NCBI GenBank assembly: GCA_963771355.1
Contig: CAVYTA010000006.1
Coordinates: 1,440,001 to 1,504,000 of the forward strand
Source: an uncultured Candidatus Rokubacteria bacterium
Lineage (GTDB): Bacteria; Methylomirabilota; Methylomirabilia; Rokubacteriales; CSP1-6
DNA length: 64,000 bases
Direction: 5' to 3'
How positions within the stretch are numbered: the stretch's first letter is position 1; every line of letters begins with the position of its first letter. This document shows positions 1-10,228 of this stretch, piece by piece. Both the position numbers and the translations under genes were made by a program. The notes below the pieces were generated by a model. That model saw nothing but the letters and a program-made list of their open reading frames with translations. It had not been told where the DNA came from and made no database searches.

Positions 1-526
1 TCGCGACGTGGTCGCCCGGCCGGATGCCCGCATTCTCGGCGCAGAAATAGCCGGTGGAGAGGATGTCACCGAGGAAGAAGGCGTCCTCATCCGCCATCCC
101 CTCGGGAACCTTCTCGCACATGAAGTCGGCGAACGGCACTCGGATGCGCTCCGCCTGCCCGCCCGGATAGACGTGGCCGAATCGGCCGCCGAACACGGCG
201 CGCCCCGTCACCGAGCACTGGGTGGGCAGCCGCATCCGGCACCAGTCGCAGGTCCCGCAGGAGATGGAAAAGGGAGCGACGATGCGGTCGCCGCGCTTCA
301 CCTTGGTGACTCCCGACCCGGCGTCCTCCACCACGCCCATGAACTCGTGGCCGAGCACCACGCCCTTGGGCAGTCCCGGCACTCGCCCGTGATACTGGTG
401 GAGATCGGAGCCGCAGATGGCGCTGGTGGTGATGCGCACCACCACGTCCCCGGGATCGACCAGCTTGGGATCCGCCACCGACTCCACCCGGACATCGCCG
501 GTCCCGTGCAGCGTGATCGCCTTCAT
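1..526 (-). CDS. Zn-dependent alcohol/aldehyde dehydrogenase (MDR family), partial, runs off window
   Basis: Manual translation MKAITLHGTGDVRVESVADP...AICGSDLH...GHEFMG...CGTCDWC...C; catalytic and structural Zn motifs. Confidence 0.9.
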   Translation of the reverse strand, partial: MKAITLHGTGDVRVESVADPKLVDPGDVVVRITTSAICGSDLHQYHGRVPGLPKGVVLGHEFMGVVEDAGSGVTKVKRGDRIVAPFSISCGTCDWCRMRLPTQCSVTGRAVFGGRFGHVYPGGQAERIRVPFADFMCEKVPEGMADEDAFFLGDILSTGYFCAENAGIRPGDHVA

Positions 527-545
527 GGTTTGGCTCCTTGGCCGA

Positions 546-1304
546 TCAGAGATTGCCGAAGTGGGCGAGATGGATCCCCTCACGGGCGAGCAGGGCGCGT
601 GCCTCCGGCGCGGTGAGGCCCGCGACCTCGGTCTCCCGCTGCTTGCCGTAGCGGCTGTAGGCGAGCTCCTCGTCGAAGTAGCCGGGATGGGTCATGAACT
701 CGCTGACGCCGGGCGGGAGCGCGATGAGCTGCTCGAGCACGCGCTCGCGGGACCAGTAGGGATCGGGGCCCGACTCGCCCATGAAGTGATCGGGAGTGCG
801 GATGCGATCTTTCTTCGCCCGCGCTCGCACCTGCGCGTCCTGGGCGCGCATGGGGATCCTGAGCGCATGCGCGAAGAAGCAGAGCAGGTCGAGGAGGGCG
901 CCGTCCTTCGCCACGTGGTGGTGGCTATCGAGGTGGGTGGGAAAGCGCCCCATGAGCCGCTGGAACTCCTCGATCTGATTCCCCATCTCGATGCGGGCCT
1001 CGTCCGGCTTGGCCCGCTCGGCCTGGACGCGCGCGTCCCGCACGAGCTGCCCCTCCCCGTCCAGCAGCGAGGCGACGCGCCGCGGATCGGAGATCGGCGT
1101 CCCCAGCGTGAGGTTGACGTGAAGCCCCACCCCCAGCCCCGAGCTCCGGAGCGCCTCGAGCTGCGCCGGATCGGCCCCGCGATTCACCATGAGGGTGGTG
1201 CTGGTCACGATGCCGTTCTGGTAGCACTCGAGGATGCCCCGGCTCACGCCCCGCGTGAGGCCGAAGTCGTCGGCGTTGACGATGAGCCGGCGCGCCGCGC
1301 TCAC
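546..1304 (-). CDS. ChbG/YdjC family carbohydrate deacetylase
   Basis: LIVNADDFG, GLHVNLT, HLDSHHH and MTHPG motifs; GTG start overlaps the upstream stop. Confidence 0.9.
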   Translation of the reverse strand: MSAARRLIVNADDFGLTRGVSRGILECYQNGIVTSTTLMVNRGADPAQLEALRSSGLGVGLHVNLTLGTPISDPRRVASLLDGEGQLVRDARVQAERAKPDEARIEMGNQIEEFQRLMGRFPTHLDSHHHVAKDGALLDLLCFFAHALRIPMRAQDAQVRARAKKDRIRTPDHFMGESGPDPYWSRERVLEQLIALPPGVSEFMTHPGYFDEELAYSRYGKQRETEVAGLTAPEARALLAREGIHLAHFGNL

Positions 1305-1615
1305 CGCTGCCCCATCACGCGACGGAAGTAGAGCCGGAGCGCCTCCTTGAGCTGGGCGCGCGGCCCCGCCCCGGTCTGAGCATCCTCCAGCAGGTCGAGC
1401 TCGAGCGGGAGCGGCACGCCTTCCTTCTTGACGCCGTCCAGCTCGGCGGTGAGCCCGCAGCGCTCGTCGGATTCGGTGAAGACGAGCTTGGCGCGGCTGA
1501 AGGTCTTGTCCTCCTGGGCGAGCTGCTCCACCGTTTCCACGAGGAGCCGCTTGATGGCCTCCTGGTCGGGCCCCAGCACCGACGAGAACGCGGCAGTCAA
1601 GTTGATCTCGGCCAT
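1301..1615 (-). CDS. hypothetical protein (104 aa)
   Basis: Protein-like composition, translationally coupled to neighbours. Confidence 0.7.
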   Translation of the reverse strand: MAEINLTAAFSSVLGPDQEAIKRLLVETVEQLAQEDKTFSRAKLVFTESDERCGLTAELDGVKKEGVPLPLELDLLEDAQTGAGPRAQLKEALRLYFRRVMGQR

Positions 1616-1624
1616 GGCGCCCGC

Positions 1625-3480
1625 CTAGACGCCCGCCGCGCTGGCGTCGCTGGTGGCGTCCAGCCCGGCCTCGAGGCCCTTTCGCGTGACCCGGATGGCG
1701 ATGGGTCGGGCGAAGAAGAAATTCCCGACGGAGCAGTGCTTGGGGGTCACCGGGTGCTTGCGCTTGCGGAGCCCGGTCACGGCGGCCTCGCCTATCCGGT
1801 CGTCCACCAGCAGCTCGCCGCCTTCCGTGTAGAGCCGCGGCGCCTCCACCGCGGCCTGCGGGGCATCGCCCGCATCGGCCATGTTGGAGATCACCTGCGG
1901 GACCACCGCGACGATCTTCCGGCCGCCCGGAGCGCCCAGGGTGAAGAGTGGCTCCCCCTTGCGGAATCCCAGCACCGGCACCATGTTCACCAGCGGGCGC
2001 TTGCCGGCGGCCACGGAGTTCACGCGCCCCGGCTCGGGGTCGAACCAGATCATCCCGTTCTGGAGCAGGATGCCGGTGCCCGGCACCACCATCCGCGCGC
2101 CGAACAGCGAGACGGCGGTATTGGTGAACGACACCATGTTTCGCTGCCGGTCGATGCAACCGATGTGGGTCGTGCAATCGTTGGAGTTCGCCATCAGCGG
2201 GGGCCTAGAAATGGCCCCCGCTCTCCCCCCACCGCGGACACTCCCATTGGCTCCCGCTCTCCCCTCACCGCGGACACCCCCGTGGCCCCCGCTCTCTCCC
2301 CGCCGCGGACTTTCCCGTTTTTGCTATCGCGGACACTTCCTTTGGCCTCTGCTCTCCCCGCGCTGCGGGCATCACCGCCGTATTTCCACGGGTCGGGCGC
2401 GGAGGCGGTGGTGCGGGGGCCGTCGGGCTTGATCTGGCGGGCGAGGTCGTGCGCGTAGGTGCGCGAGGCGAGCCCGTCCCAGGGAGCGGTGACGCGGAGC
2501 GCGTCGCCGAGATAGCGCAGGCGGTCGAGAAACGCCAGCCGCACCGCCTCGGCGCGCACGTGGAGCCCGCCGAGCGTGCGATAGGTCACTTGCGCCCGCG
2601 GGAACTCCGCGAGGAGGTTCAAGATCTCGAGCGCGGTGATGCCGCCGGTCGCTCCGGGCATGAACGCCAGCTCGAGGCCGCGATAACCGCCCGTCAGCGG
2701 AGAGAGCACCCGGGCCTCGTAGCCGGCCAGGTCGTCCCGGGTGAGAAAGCCGCCCCCGCCCTGCACCTCCTCGTGAATGGCCTGGGCGATGGCGCCCCGG
2801 TAGAACGCGTCCGGCCCCTCCTTCGCGATGAGCCGAAGGCTCCGCCCGAGGTCGGGCTGGCGCAAGACGTCGCCGTCCTGGCTGGCGGGTGGCCGATAGA
2901 TGTCCAGCCCGTCGCGCAAGTAGGTGCGCGCGGTCTCGGGAAACGCGCGGAGCTCGCGGGTGTAGAGCGAGATCGTCTGCGCGACGTACCAGTCGGGGAT
3001 GAAGCCCTCTTCCGCGAGCCGGATGGCCGGCGCCAGCACGTCGGCCAGGGTCATGGTGCCGTAGCGCTGCAACGCCAGGCAGAGACCGGCCACCGAGCCG
3101 GGGATGGCGACGGCCCGCGGGCCGAACACATTGGCGTCCCCCACCACGCGGCGCCACGGGAAGAGGTCGTCGGACACGCCCTCACCGAGCTCGTAGCAGT
3201 GCTCGTGCGCCCGGGCGGGCGCCTCCACGTTGGCGTCGATGGCCACGGTCTCGCCGCGCCGGGCCATGTGGATGAGGAAGCTGCCCCCGCCGGCGAGCGT
3301 GGACATGAACGGCTCCACCACCGGCATCGCGAACGCGGTGGCCACCGCCGCGTCCACCGCGTTCCCACCGCGGGCGAGGATGCCCGCGCCCACCTCGGCG
3401 CCGATGGGATGCTCGGCCACCACCATGCCCCGGGCGGCGAAGGGTGTCTGCTTGGTCATCCGGAGGGTGCTACGGATCAT
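1625..3480 (-). CDS. ggt: gamma-glutamyltransferase family protein; appears as two ORFs (3480-2194 and 2194-1625), probably one gene with a 1-nt error in the linker repeat
   Basis: GGNAVDAAVA and AIPGSVAG in the large-subunit part; nucleophile motif TTH, TGILLQNGM and GAPGGRKI in the small-subunit part. Confidence 0.88.
2198..2316. repeat. Three ~36-bp tandem repeats plus an 8-bp hairpin (cgggggcc-tagaaat-ggcccccg) inside the GGT linker
   Basis: Units start at 2213, 2249 and 2284 with consensus ggc(c/t)cccgctctcccc..accgcggac. Confidence 0.85.
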
Positions 3481-4097
3481 GCGGCCGTCTCCTTTGGGAA
3501 CTCGAAGGGATGCAGGCCCACCTGCCAGATGCCCGCGTCGTTGTGGATGAGCAGGCAGACGCGGATGCCGTTCCCCCGATGCGCGGTCCAGAGGAAGGTC
3601 CCCGCGTCGGCGGCATCGCCGCATTCGTCGCAGACCCAGGCGACGCGGAACAGCTCCGGCTCGTGCTGGGCGGCGGCATGGGCGACGGGATCCACGTAGA
3701 GCGGCATCTCGGCCGGCATGAAGGCGGACAGATCCTCGAGATACGGCACCACCGGTCGCCCGGGCGCGGCCTTCCACGCCTCGATGAGGGGCAGCACCGG
3801 CGCCTCGTCCGTCACCGCGAGGAATTCCCCGTCGTCGATCAGCTCACCGCGCGCGATCCGGCACTCGGAGAGAAAGTCGCGGAGCGCGGGCAGCCCCACG
3901 CCGCCACGATAGAGCCGCGCCGCGAAGTCCTCCCGCTCCGTGGGCGCGAGCAGGAAGCGCGGCGCGGGCGGCAGTCCCTCGAGTGCGGGTCCCGCCACCT
4001 GGTACATCCGGGGGCCGCCCGGACGCTCGGCGCGCGCGCCATGCCAGAGGAGGGTGGCGGTGTCCCCCGGATGAATCCAGTCCGGTGCGTCAGCCAT
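3477..4097 (-). CDS. hypothetical protein
   Basis: MADAPDWIHPG... with GGAGG RBS; stop overlaps the GGT start; contains CDEC. Confidence 0.7.
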   Translation of the reverse strand: MADAPDWIHPGDTATLLWHGARAERPGGPRMYQVAGPALEGLPPAPRFLLAPTEREDFAARLYRGGVGLPALRDFLSECRIARGELIDDGEFLAVTDEAPVLPLIEAWKAAPGRPVVPYLEDLSAFMPAEMPLYVDPVAHAAAQHEPELFRVAWVCDECGDAADAGTFLWTAHRGNGIRVCLLIHNDAGIWQVGLHPFEFPKETAA

Positions 4098-4108
4098 GCC
4101 GCCTTCGG

Positions 4109-4633
4109 CTACTCGGTGAGGAAGAAATGAGGATCGACCCGCCGGATCATGTCCGTCACGCCCTTGTCGTCGAAGTAGAGAACCCATCCGAGCGGATAGG
4201 TCCACGCTTCCTTCGCCTTGGTCGAGATCTGGGCCCAGTGGACCTTGGCCTTCATCTTCATGAGGGCAGGATCGCTGGTCTGCTCGAGCGGCTCGTCGAG
4301 GAGGGCCCGGACCTCGCTGGGCGTGCTGCCCTCGGCCACCTGACGCCAGAACCGGAACTCGCTGTAGCGCGTGGTCTGCTCTATCTCGGGATGCTCGCGC
4401 AGGTACTTGAAGACGCGTTCGTCCATCTGGTCCTTCCACTGCCGCTTCTCGTCGAAGTTGGGCTCGCGACCGCTGGTTGCCGAGACCTTGGCGTAGAACA
4501 TCTCCTCCGCGCGGGGCCCGCGGCCCATCCGCTCGGGGATATCGGTCTTGGGAATCCAGAACCCGCAGCCGCCCACGCCGAGCGTTACCGACAGGACCGC
4601 CGGGATCACCCACCTGGACACAGGCCGATTCAT
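4109..4633 (-). CDS. putative lipoprotein
   Basis: Hydrophobic signal ending VGGC; strong RBS. Confidence 0.75.
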   Translation of the reverse strand: MNRPVSRWVIPAVLSVTLGVGGCGFWIPKTDIPERMGRGPRAEEMFYAKVSATSGREPNFDEKRQWKDQMDERVFKYLREHPEIEQTTRYSEFRFWRQVAEGSTPSEVRALLDEPLEQTSDPALMKMKAKVHWAQISTKAKEAWTYPLGWVLYFDDKGVTDMIRRVDPHFFLTE

Positions 4634-4664
4634 TCCATCCTCCTTTTCAAGAGGTTACACCCCA

Positions 4665-7289
4665 TCATATCAGCGCCGACTCGAGCACGATTCCGCGGTC
4701 GATCACGCGGACCGCGCGAGCCAGGATCGCCTGGAGGCTCGTGTCGACCTCCGGCGCATCCGCGAGCTGGCGGAGCACGTCGATGAGCCGCCGCATGGCG
4801 CGGATCAGATCGCCCTCGTGCCCGCCGAAGGATTCCTCCACGATGGCCGCCCAGTCGTCTTCCCCCGACGCCCACCGGAACACCGCGGGCATGAAGCCGG
4901 TGGACACCGACACCCCCATCGGGAGCTGGCGGAGGCGCTGCGCCTCGTACACCGTGCGCGCCACTCCCTCGAGTTCGCCCAGCTTCCGCTTGAGCTTCGG
5001 TCGCTTGCGGAGGAAGAGCCGCGCCATCGCGCTGTCGCCGGAGCGCGACTCCTCGATGAGACAGGAGCAGAGCGCGGCGGCCTCGGCCAGCGTGGTATCG
5101 GCGAGAATGCCGCGGTCCACCATCTCCGCCACCAGCAGCTCGTTGTCGTGTCGCAGGGTGGCGATGAGCTGGCCCTTCGCGAGGAGCTTACCATCCTGTA
5201 CCGCGCCGAACCGCTCGAGGACCTCGACCACCCGGAGAAACTCCCCCCAGTACGCGTTGCGGAGGGCGGCGAGCGTCTCGCTCTTCATGGCGAGGCGGGC
5301 TTCCAGCTTCTCGAGGCCCTTCCACGTGTGCTCGCAGCGCGGCTGGGAGTTCCAGGGGCAGCGGTGGCACTCGATGGCGGCGAGCGCACCCTCGGGGCCC
5401 TCCGCCCGCTCCCGCTCGAGGAGCTCCGCCGCCGTCACCCGCGCCAGCTGCGCCTTGAGCGCCTGGGTGCGGTGCTCCCAGTCGCGCGGGATGGGCAAGG
5501 GCGGGGTGGCCCAGAACACGCGCTTCACGTGGCCGGCCTTGAGATGCACGATCTCTCCATGGCTCAGGAGCACGCTGGCGATCACCTTGTGGCGGCGCGC
5601 GTCGACCCGGCACAGGAGACCCACGGCCTGACCGCCGCGGCGCCGGGCGAGCACGAAGCGCCCGGGCTCCGCGTCCGCCACCGTACGCGCGGCGCGGCGG
5701 CCGCCGCGGCCGAGGGCGGCGCGTGTCGCCTCCACCTCGGTGCGGAGGCGACGGTACCGGCCGATGCGGTCGAAGTCGCCGCAGGGGGCGCGAAAGGTGC
5801 GCGCGTCCGCCACCGCCGTCTCCAGGCTCGCCACCTCCGCCTCGAGGCCCCGGATGCGCTTGAGGTTCTGGTACTGGCCGAAGGAGGACTCCACCGTGCG
5901 CCGGATAGCCGCCATGTCGCTGCCGCTGCCGAGGAGGAGCGCCACCGAGCCATACCCCAGCTTGAACTGGCTCACCACCGGCTCCGGCGCGCCGTCGACG
6001 ACGCGACGAATATCCTCGACGCCGTCGCGCACGTCGAGCGCGATCACGCACTTGCCCTCGGGGTCGATGCCGCGGCGACCCGCCCGGCCCGCCATCTGGG
6101 TCAGCTCGTTGTGGGTGAGGCTGCGAAAACCGCGGTCCGTCCGCTTGGTGAGCGACTGCAGCACCACGCTCTTCGCCGGCATGTGGATTCCGAGGGACAT
6201 GGTCTCGGTGGCGAAGACCACCCGGCACAGGCCGCGCTCGAAGAGGTGCTCGACCAGCCGCTTCACGCTGGGCAGGATGCCCGCGTGGTGCATGCCCACC
6301 CCCATGCCCAGCGCCTGGAAGATGGTCTGGTTCAGCGGCGACTCCGCGATGGTGGGCGTCTCCGCCACCGCCTCGCGGATGGCGTCGTCCACGTGCTGGC
6401 GCTGGGCCCGGCTGAGGAGCGGCTTGCCCTCGGCCAGCACCGTCTCCATGGCGCGCTCGCAGCCCGCGCGGCTGAAGATGAAGTAGATGGCGGGCAGCCA
6501 GCCGCGCGCGTCCAGCGCGTCGAGCATCACGGTGGGGTCCACCACTCGCCGCGTGTACCAGCGGCCCCGGTCATTGGCCCCGCGGTCGTGCTCCTCGCCG
6601 ATGAGATGCACCGTGCCCGCGCGCACGCCCTCGTAACCGTGCAGCTCGCCGGAAAGGTCGGCCACGAGGTACTGGAGCGGCACCGGCCGGTGCGGGTGCG
6701 TGATGGCCTCGATGGGCCGGTGGACGAGGCCGATCCAGTCGGCGATCTCCGCCACGTTGGCGACGGTGGCGGACAAGGCCACCAGGCCCGCGTCCTTGGG
6801 CGCATTGACGATGATCTCCTCCCACACCGTCCCGCGGCCCTCGTCGCCCATGTAGTGGCATTCGTCGAGCACCACCGTCTCCAGCCCCGGCAGCCCGCCG
6901 GTATAGAACATGTTGCGGAGGATCTCGGTGGTCATCACCAGGATGGGCGCGCGCGCGTTGACCTTGACGTCGCCGGTGAGGATGCCGACTTGATCGGCGC
7001 CGAACTGGCGGCCGAAGTCGGCGAACTTCTGGTTGGACAGCGCCTTGAGCGGCGTGGTGTAGGCGAGGCGCCGCCCATGGGCCAGCGCGCGGTGGATGGC
7101 GAACTCCGCCACCAGGGTCTTCCCCGCCCCGGTGGGCGCGGAGACGATCACCGACTTCCCGTCGAGAATGGTCCGGATCGCGCGGAGCTGGAAATCATCC
7201 AGCGGGAACTGGTAGCGCGCGATGAAGGATTCGAGCAGGTCCTGCTTGGAGATAGGCGCCCCCTCGGTGCTGCGCTTCCACGGTATCAT
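4665..7289 (-). CDS. Ski2/HelY-like DExH-box RNA helicase
   Basis: APTGAGKT, PLKALSNQK, DECH, LSAT and QMAGRAGRRG motifs; C-terminal EGDLIR (DSHCT-like). Confidence 0.93.
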   Translation of the reverse strand: MIPWKRSTEGAPISKQDLLESFIARYQFPLDDFQLRAIRTILDGKSVIVSAPTGAGKTLVAEFAIHRALAHGRRLAYTTPLKALSNQKFADFGRQFGADQVGILTGDVKVNARAPILVMTTEILRNMFYTGGLPGLETVVLDECHYMGDEGRGTVWEEIIVNAPKDAGLVALSATVANVAEIADWIGLVHRPIEAITHPHRPVPLQYLVADLSGELHGYEGVRAGTVHLIGEEHDRGANDRGRWYTRRVVDPTVMLDALDARGWLPAIYFIFSRAGCERAMETVLAEGKPLLSRAQRQHVDDAIREAVAETPTIAESPLNQTIFQALGMGVGMHHAGILPSVKRLVEHLFERGLCRVVFATETMSLGIHMPAKSVVLQSLTKRTDRGFRSLTHNELTQMAGRAGRRGIDPEGKCVIALDVRDGVEDIRRVVDGAPEPVVSQFKLGYGSVALLLGSGSDMAAIRRTVESSFGQYQNLKRIRGLEAEVASLETAVADARTFRAPCGDFDRIGRYRRLRTEVEATRAALGRGGRRAARTVADAEPGRFVLARRRGGQAVGLLCRVDARRHKVIASVLLSHGEIVHLKAGHVKRVFWATPPLPIPRDWEHRTQALKAQLARVTAAELLERERAEGPEGALAAIECHRCPWNSQPRCEHTWKGLEKLEARLAMKSETLAALRNAYWGEFLRVVEVLERFGAVQDGKLLAKGQLIATLRHDNELLVAEMVDRGILADTTLAEAAALCSCLIEESRSGDSAMARLFLRKRPKLKRKLGELEGVARTVYEAQRLRQLPMGVSVSTGFMPAVFRWASGEDDWAAIVEESFGGHEGDLIRAMRRLIDVLRQLADAPEVDTSLQAILARAVRVIDRGIVLESALI

Positions 7290-7298
7290 ATGACCCGC

Positions 7299-7499
7299 AT
7301 GAAGCTCACCGGCAAGGTCGCGCTGGTCACCAATGTCCGACACTACATGGGCCCCGCCGTCACCGAGGAATTCGGGAACATCTCCGCGGGGCGCCCGGCG
7401 CGCGGCGAGGAGTCCGCCCGCCTCGCCGTCTACCTCGCCGGCGAGGACTCGGACTTCTTCGGGAACCCGGTGATGCCGTTCGCAGGCGGCTGGATCTGA
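7299..7499 (+). pseudogene. Internally deleted halohydrin-dehalogenase-like SDR remnant (66 aa)
   Basis: N-terminal KVALVTNVRHYMG (T-x4-Y-x-G) joined directly to an SDR C-terminus (AVYLAG...PFAGGW). Confidence 0.65.
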
Positions 7500-7500
7500 T

Positions 7501-7690
7501 TCAACTTCGTGCGGTCGCGTCCCTGACCTCCGCCTCGCCGGCCAGACCGATCACCTCGTAGACTTCCGTCGCCTTGCCCTTGAGAGCGGCGGCGCCCCGC
7601 GCTCGCGCACGATCACGCGGTCGCCGAGCAGGGCGCGAGCGGCGTCGCTCACGAGGATGGTGGTCCCCAGCTCGCGGTTGAGCCCCGCCA
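7501..7690 (-). pseudogene. C-terminal remnant of a class III adenylate/guanylate cyclase
   Basis: LAGLNRELGTTILVS ... LKGKATEVYEV split across a frameshift; no N-terminus. Confidence 0.6.
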
Positions 7691-7725
7691 GTATAGGTCA
7701 ATCCAGTTGGGGTAAAATGCCCGCC

Positions 7726-8262
7726 ATGATCTACTGCCACGTCGGCATCACCGCCGCGGAGGACTATGCCACGCGGCGCGGCCAGCACCGCCCGGCCCAC
7801 CTCGAGCGCATCGCGGGGCTTCGCGCCGAGGGCTTCGTGGTGGGCGGCGGGCCCGCGCCCGACGGCAAGACCGCGGATCTCTTCTATCGCGCGCCGGATC
7901 TCGACACCGTGGTGCGGCTGGTGGAGGAGGATCCGTACTGGAAAGGCGGGGTCTGGACCGCCTACAAGCCGGAGGCGTTCAGCCAGTTCCTCGAGCCCTG
8001 GCGGCAGGTGGAGATCCTCACGGACGGCAGCCGCACGGTCACCCTCGTGGAGGGGCTGGCGCCTGACGTCGAGATGGCCTCCTTCGCCCTCATCGAGGCG
8101 CGCGGCGCCGGCCGCATGGCCTTCGGCGGATTCTTCCCGGGCGGCCGCACCCTGGCCCTCATGAATACCTCCGATCCCGCGCAGGCGCTCGAGGCTCTCA
8201 CCGAGTCCGGCCTCTGGACGCCGGGCACGCTGACCGGCCGCCCCTTCATTCACGTCCTCTGA
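7726..8262 (+). CDS. YciI family protein
   Basis: RGQHRPAHL...GGP...EEDPYWKGGVW. Confidence 0.8.
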   Translation: MIYCHVGITAAEDYATRRGQHRPAHLERIAGLRAEGFVVGGGPAPDGKTADLFYRAPDLDTVVRLVEEDPYWKGGVWTAYKPEAFSQFLEPWRQVEILTDGSRTVTLVEGLAPDVEMASFALIEARGAGRMAFGGFFPGGRTLALMNTSDPAQALEALTESGLWTPGTLTGRPFIHVL

Positions 8263-8267
8263 CGCGG

Positions 8268-8915
8268 TTGCCGCCTCCGGACCCCCGGTACCCTCCGGAC
8301 GCGTTTCGCCGGCTGGACGAGACGCCGGACCCCGCGTTCTACGCCACGCCCCGCTTCGTCACCCACATCGACGCCGGCGCCATCGCGGCGGTGACCCAGC
8401 TCTATCGCGAGCACCTCCCCGCGGGCGGAGCTGTGCTCGACCTCATGAGCAGCTGGGTCAGCCACCTGCCGATGGACGTCTCGTATGGTCGCGTGACCGG
8501 CCTGGGAATGAACGCCGACGAGCTGGCGGCCAACCCGCGCCTCGACGGCTGGGTCGTCCACGACCTCAACGCCGAGCCCCGGCTGCCCTTCGCGGAGGGG
8601 ACGTTCGACGGCGCGACGTGCTGCGTGTCCATCGACTACCTCGTGCAGCCGGTGGCGGTGCTCCGCGACCTCGCCCGCGTGCTCCGCCCGGGCGCGCCGC
8701 TCGTGGTCACGTTCTCGAACCGGCGCTTCCCCACCAAGGTGATCGCGTTGTGGGAAGCGCTCGACGACGCCGGCCACGCGCGGTTGGTGGAACAGTACCT
8801 GCGGGAGGCGGGCGGCTGGGACGCCGTCATCGCGCTCGACCGCAGCCCGGGGACCGGCGATCCGCTCTGGGCCATCGTGGCCCACCGCGCCGGTAGTAAG
8901 ATGTCCGCCGCATGA
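8268..8915 (+). CDS. class I SAM-dependent methyltransferase
   Basis: FYATPRFVTHID, VLDLMSSWVSHLP, TFSNR conserved family motifs. Confidence 0.88.
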   Translation: MPPPDPRYPPDAFRRLDETPDPAFYATPRFVTHIDAGAIAAVTQLYREHLPAGGAVLDLMSSWVSHLPMDVSYGRVTGLGMNADELAANPRLDGWVVHDLNAEPRLPFAEGTFDGATCCVSIDYLVQPVAVLRDLARVLRPGAPLVVTFSNRRFPTKVIALWEALDDAGHARLVEQYLREAGGWDAVIALDRSPGTGDPLWAIVAHRAGSKMSAA

Positions 8916-10228
8916 GGCTCCTCCCCGACCTGGTCCTGGTGGACGGGCGCTTCGAGCCCGGACGCGCCGTCGAGATCACCGGCGGCCGCATCACCGGCGT
9001 GGCTCCGTTTCCACCCGCCTGGGGCGATGCCGCCTTCGCCGACGATCTGGTGCGCCTCCCCGGTCGCGCGCTCCTGCCCGGCACCGTCAACGCGCATTGC
9101 CATACCTTCCAGTCGCTCCTGCGGGGTCTCGGCGACGACATGGATTTCATGGGCTGGCGCGACCGCGTGCTCTACCCTTTCTCGACCCGCCTCGACCGCG
9201 AGGGCATCTATCTCGGCGCCGCCTTCGCCTTCGCGGAGATGCTGCTGCACGGGGCCACCACCTGCGTGGACTTCTTCTACCTCCAGGACTCGGGGAACGA
9301 CAACGCGGGCGCCGTCATCCAGGCGGCGCGGGACACCGGGATACGCCTGGTGCTGGCGCGCAGCATGTACGACTGGGAGGGCGCGCCCGCGCGCTACCGC
9401 GAGACGCCGGCGGACGCGGCCCGCCGCGTGACCGAGCTGATCCGGACCCATGCCGGCGATCCCCTCATCACCGTGCAGCCCGCGCCGCACAGCCCGCACG
9501 GCGCCTCCCCGGCCATGATCCGGGCGGGCTGGGAGGTGGCGGAGGCGGCGGACACGCGCTTCCACATCCACGTGGCCGAGGGCCAGTACGAGGGGCAGCG
9601 CACCCAGCAAGAGCACGGTGCCACGCCCATTCGCTTCCTCGACCGGCTCGGCGTGCTCGGCCCGCGGATGATCGGCGTGCACTGCGTCTGGCTCGACGAC
9701 GAGGAGCTCGGCCTCATGGGCGAGCGCGGGGTCGGGCTCGCCTACTGCCCCTCGTCCAACATGGTGCTCGGCGACGGCATCACGCGGATCACCGAGCTGC
9801 AGACCCTCGGTGTCCGCATCGGGCTCGGCACCGACGGCGGCTGCACCAACAATCGGCTCTCGGTGTTCGAGGAGATGCGGATGGCGGCGCTGCTCCAGAA
9901 AGTGCGGCACCTCGACGGCACGCGCCTCCCCGCCGAGGAGGCCTTCCGCATGGGCACCGCGGATGGCGCCGCGCTCCTGGGCTTGCCCGCCGGCGAGGTG
10001 GCGCCGGGCCGGCTCGCGGACCTGGTCGCCGTGGACCTCGGGCATCCGTCGCTGCACCCCCGCGTCAACCTGCTCAAGAACGTGGTCTACGCCATGTCGC
10101 CGCAGGCGATCACCGATGTCTGGGTGCACGGGCACCCGGTGGTCCGCGACGGGCGCCTGGCCACGCTCGACCAGGACGACCTCCTCGCGCGGGTGCGCGC
10201 GCTCACGCGCGACTGGCGCGTGGCCTGA
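8912..10228 (+). CDS. amidohydrolase (MTA/SAH deaminase-like)
   Basis: NAHCH, HIHVAE, HCVW, GLGTDG and GRLADL motifs. Confidence 0.9.
   Translation: MRLLPDLVLVDGRFEPGRAVEITGGRITGVAPFPPAWGDAAFADDLVRLPGRALLPGTVNAHCHTFQSLLRGLGDDMDFMGWRDRVLYPFSTRLDREGIYLGAAFAFAEMLLHGATTCVDFFYLQDSGNDNAGAVIQAARDTGIRLVLARSMYDWEGAPARYRETPADAARRVTELIRTHAGDPLITVQPAPHSPHGASPAMIRAGWEVAEAADTRFHIHVAEGQYEGQRTQQEHGATPIRFLDRLGVLGPRMIGVHCVWLDDEELGLMGERGVGLAYCPSSNMVLGDGITRITELQTLGVRIGLGTDGGCTNNRLSVFEEMRMAALLQKVRHLDGTRLPAEEAFRMGTADGAALLGLPAGEVAPGRLADLVAVDLGHPSLHPRVNLLKNVVYAMSPQAITDVWVHGHPVVRDGRLATLDQDDLLARVRALTRDWRVA

Noticed and set aside
2213..2316. CRISPR-like array
   Set aside because: Units are contiguous with no unique spacers, lie in coding sequence, and no cas genes are present in the window.
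4548..7298. Long antisense ORFs (also 29606-32446, 46858-49323, 50561-53047)
   Set aside because: Shadow frames typical of very high-GC DNA opposite well-supported genes.
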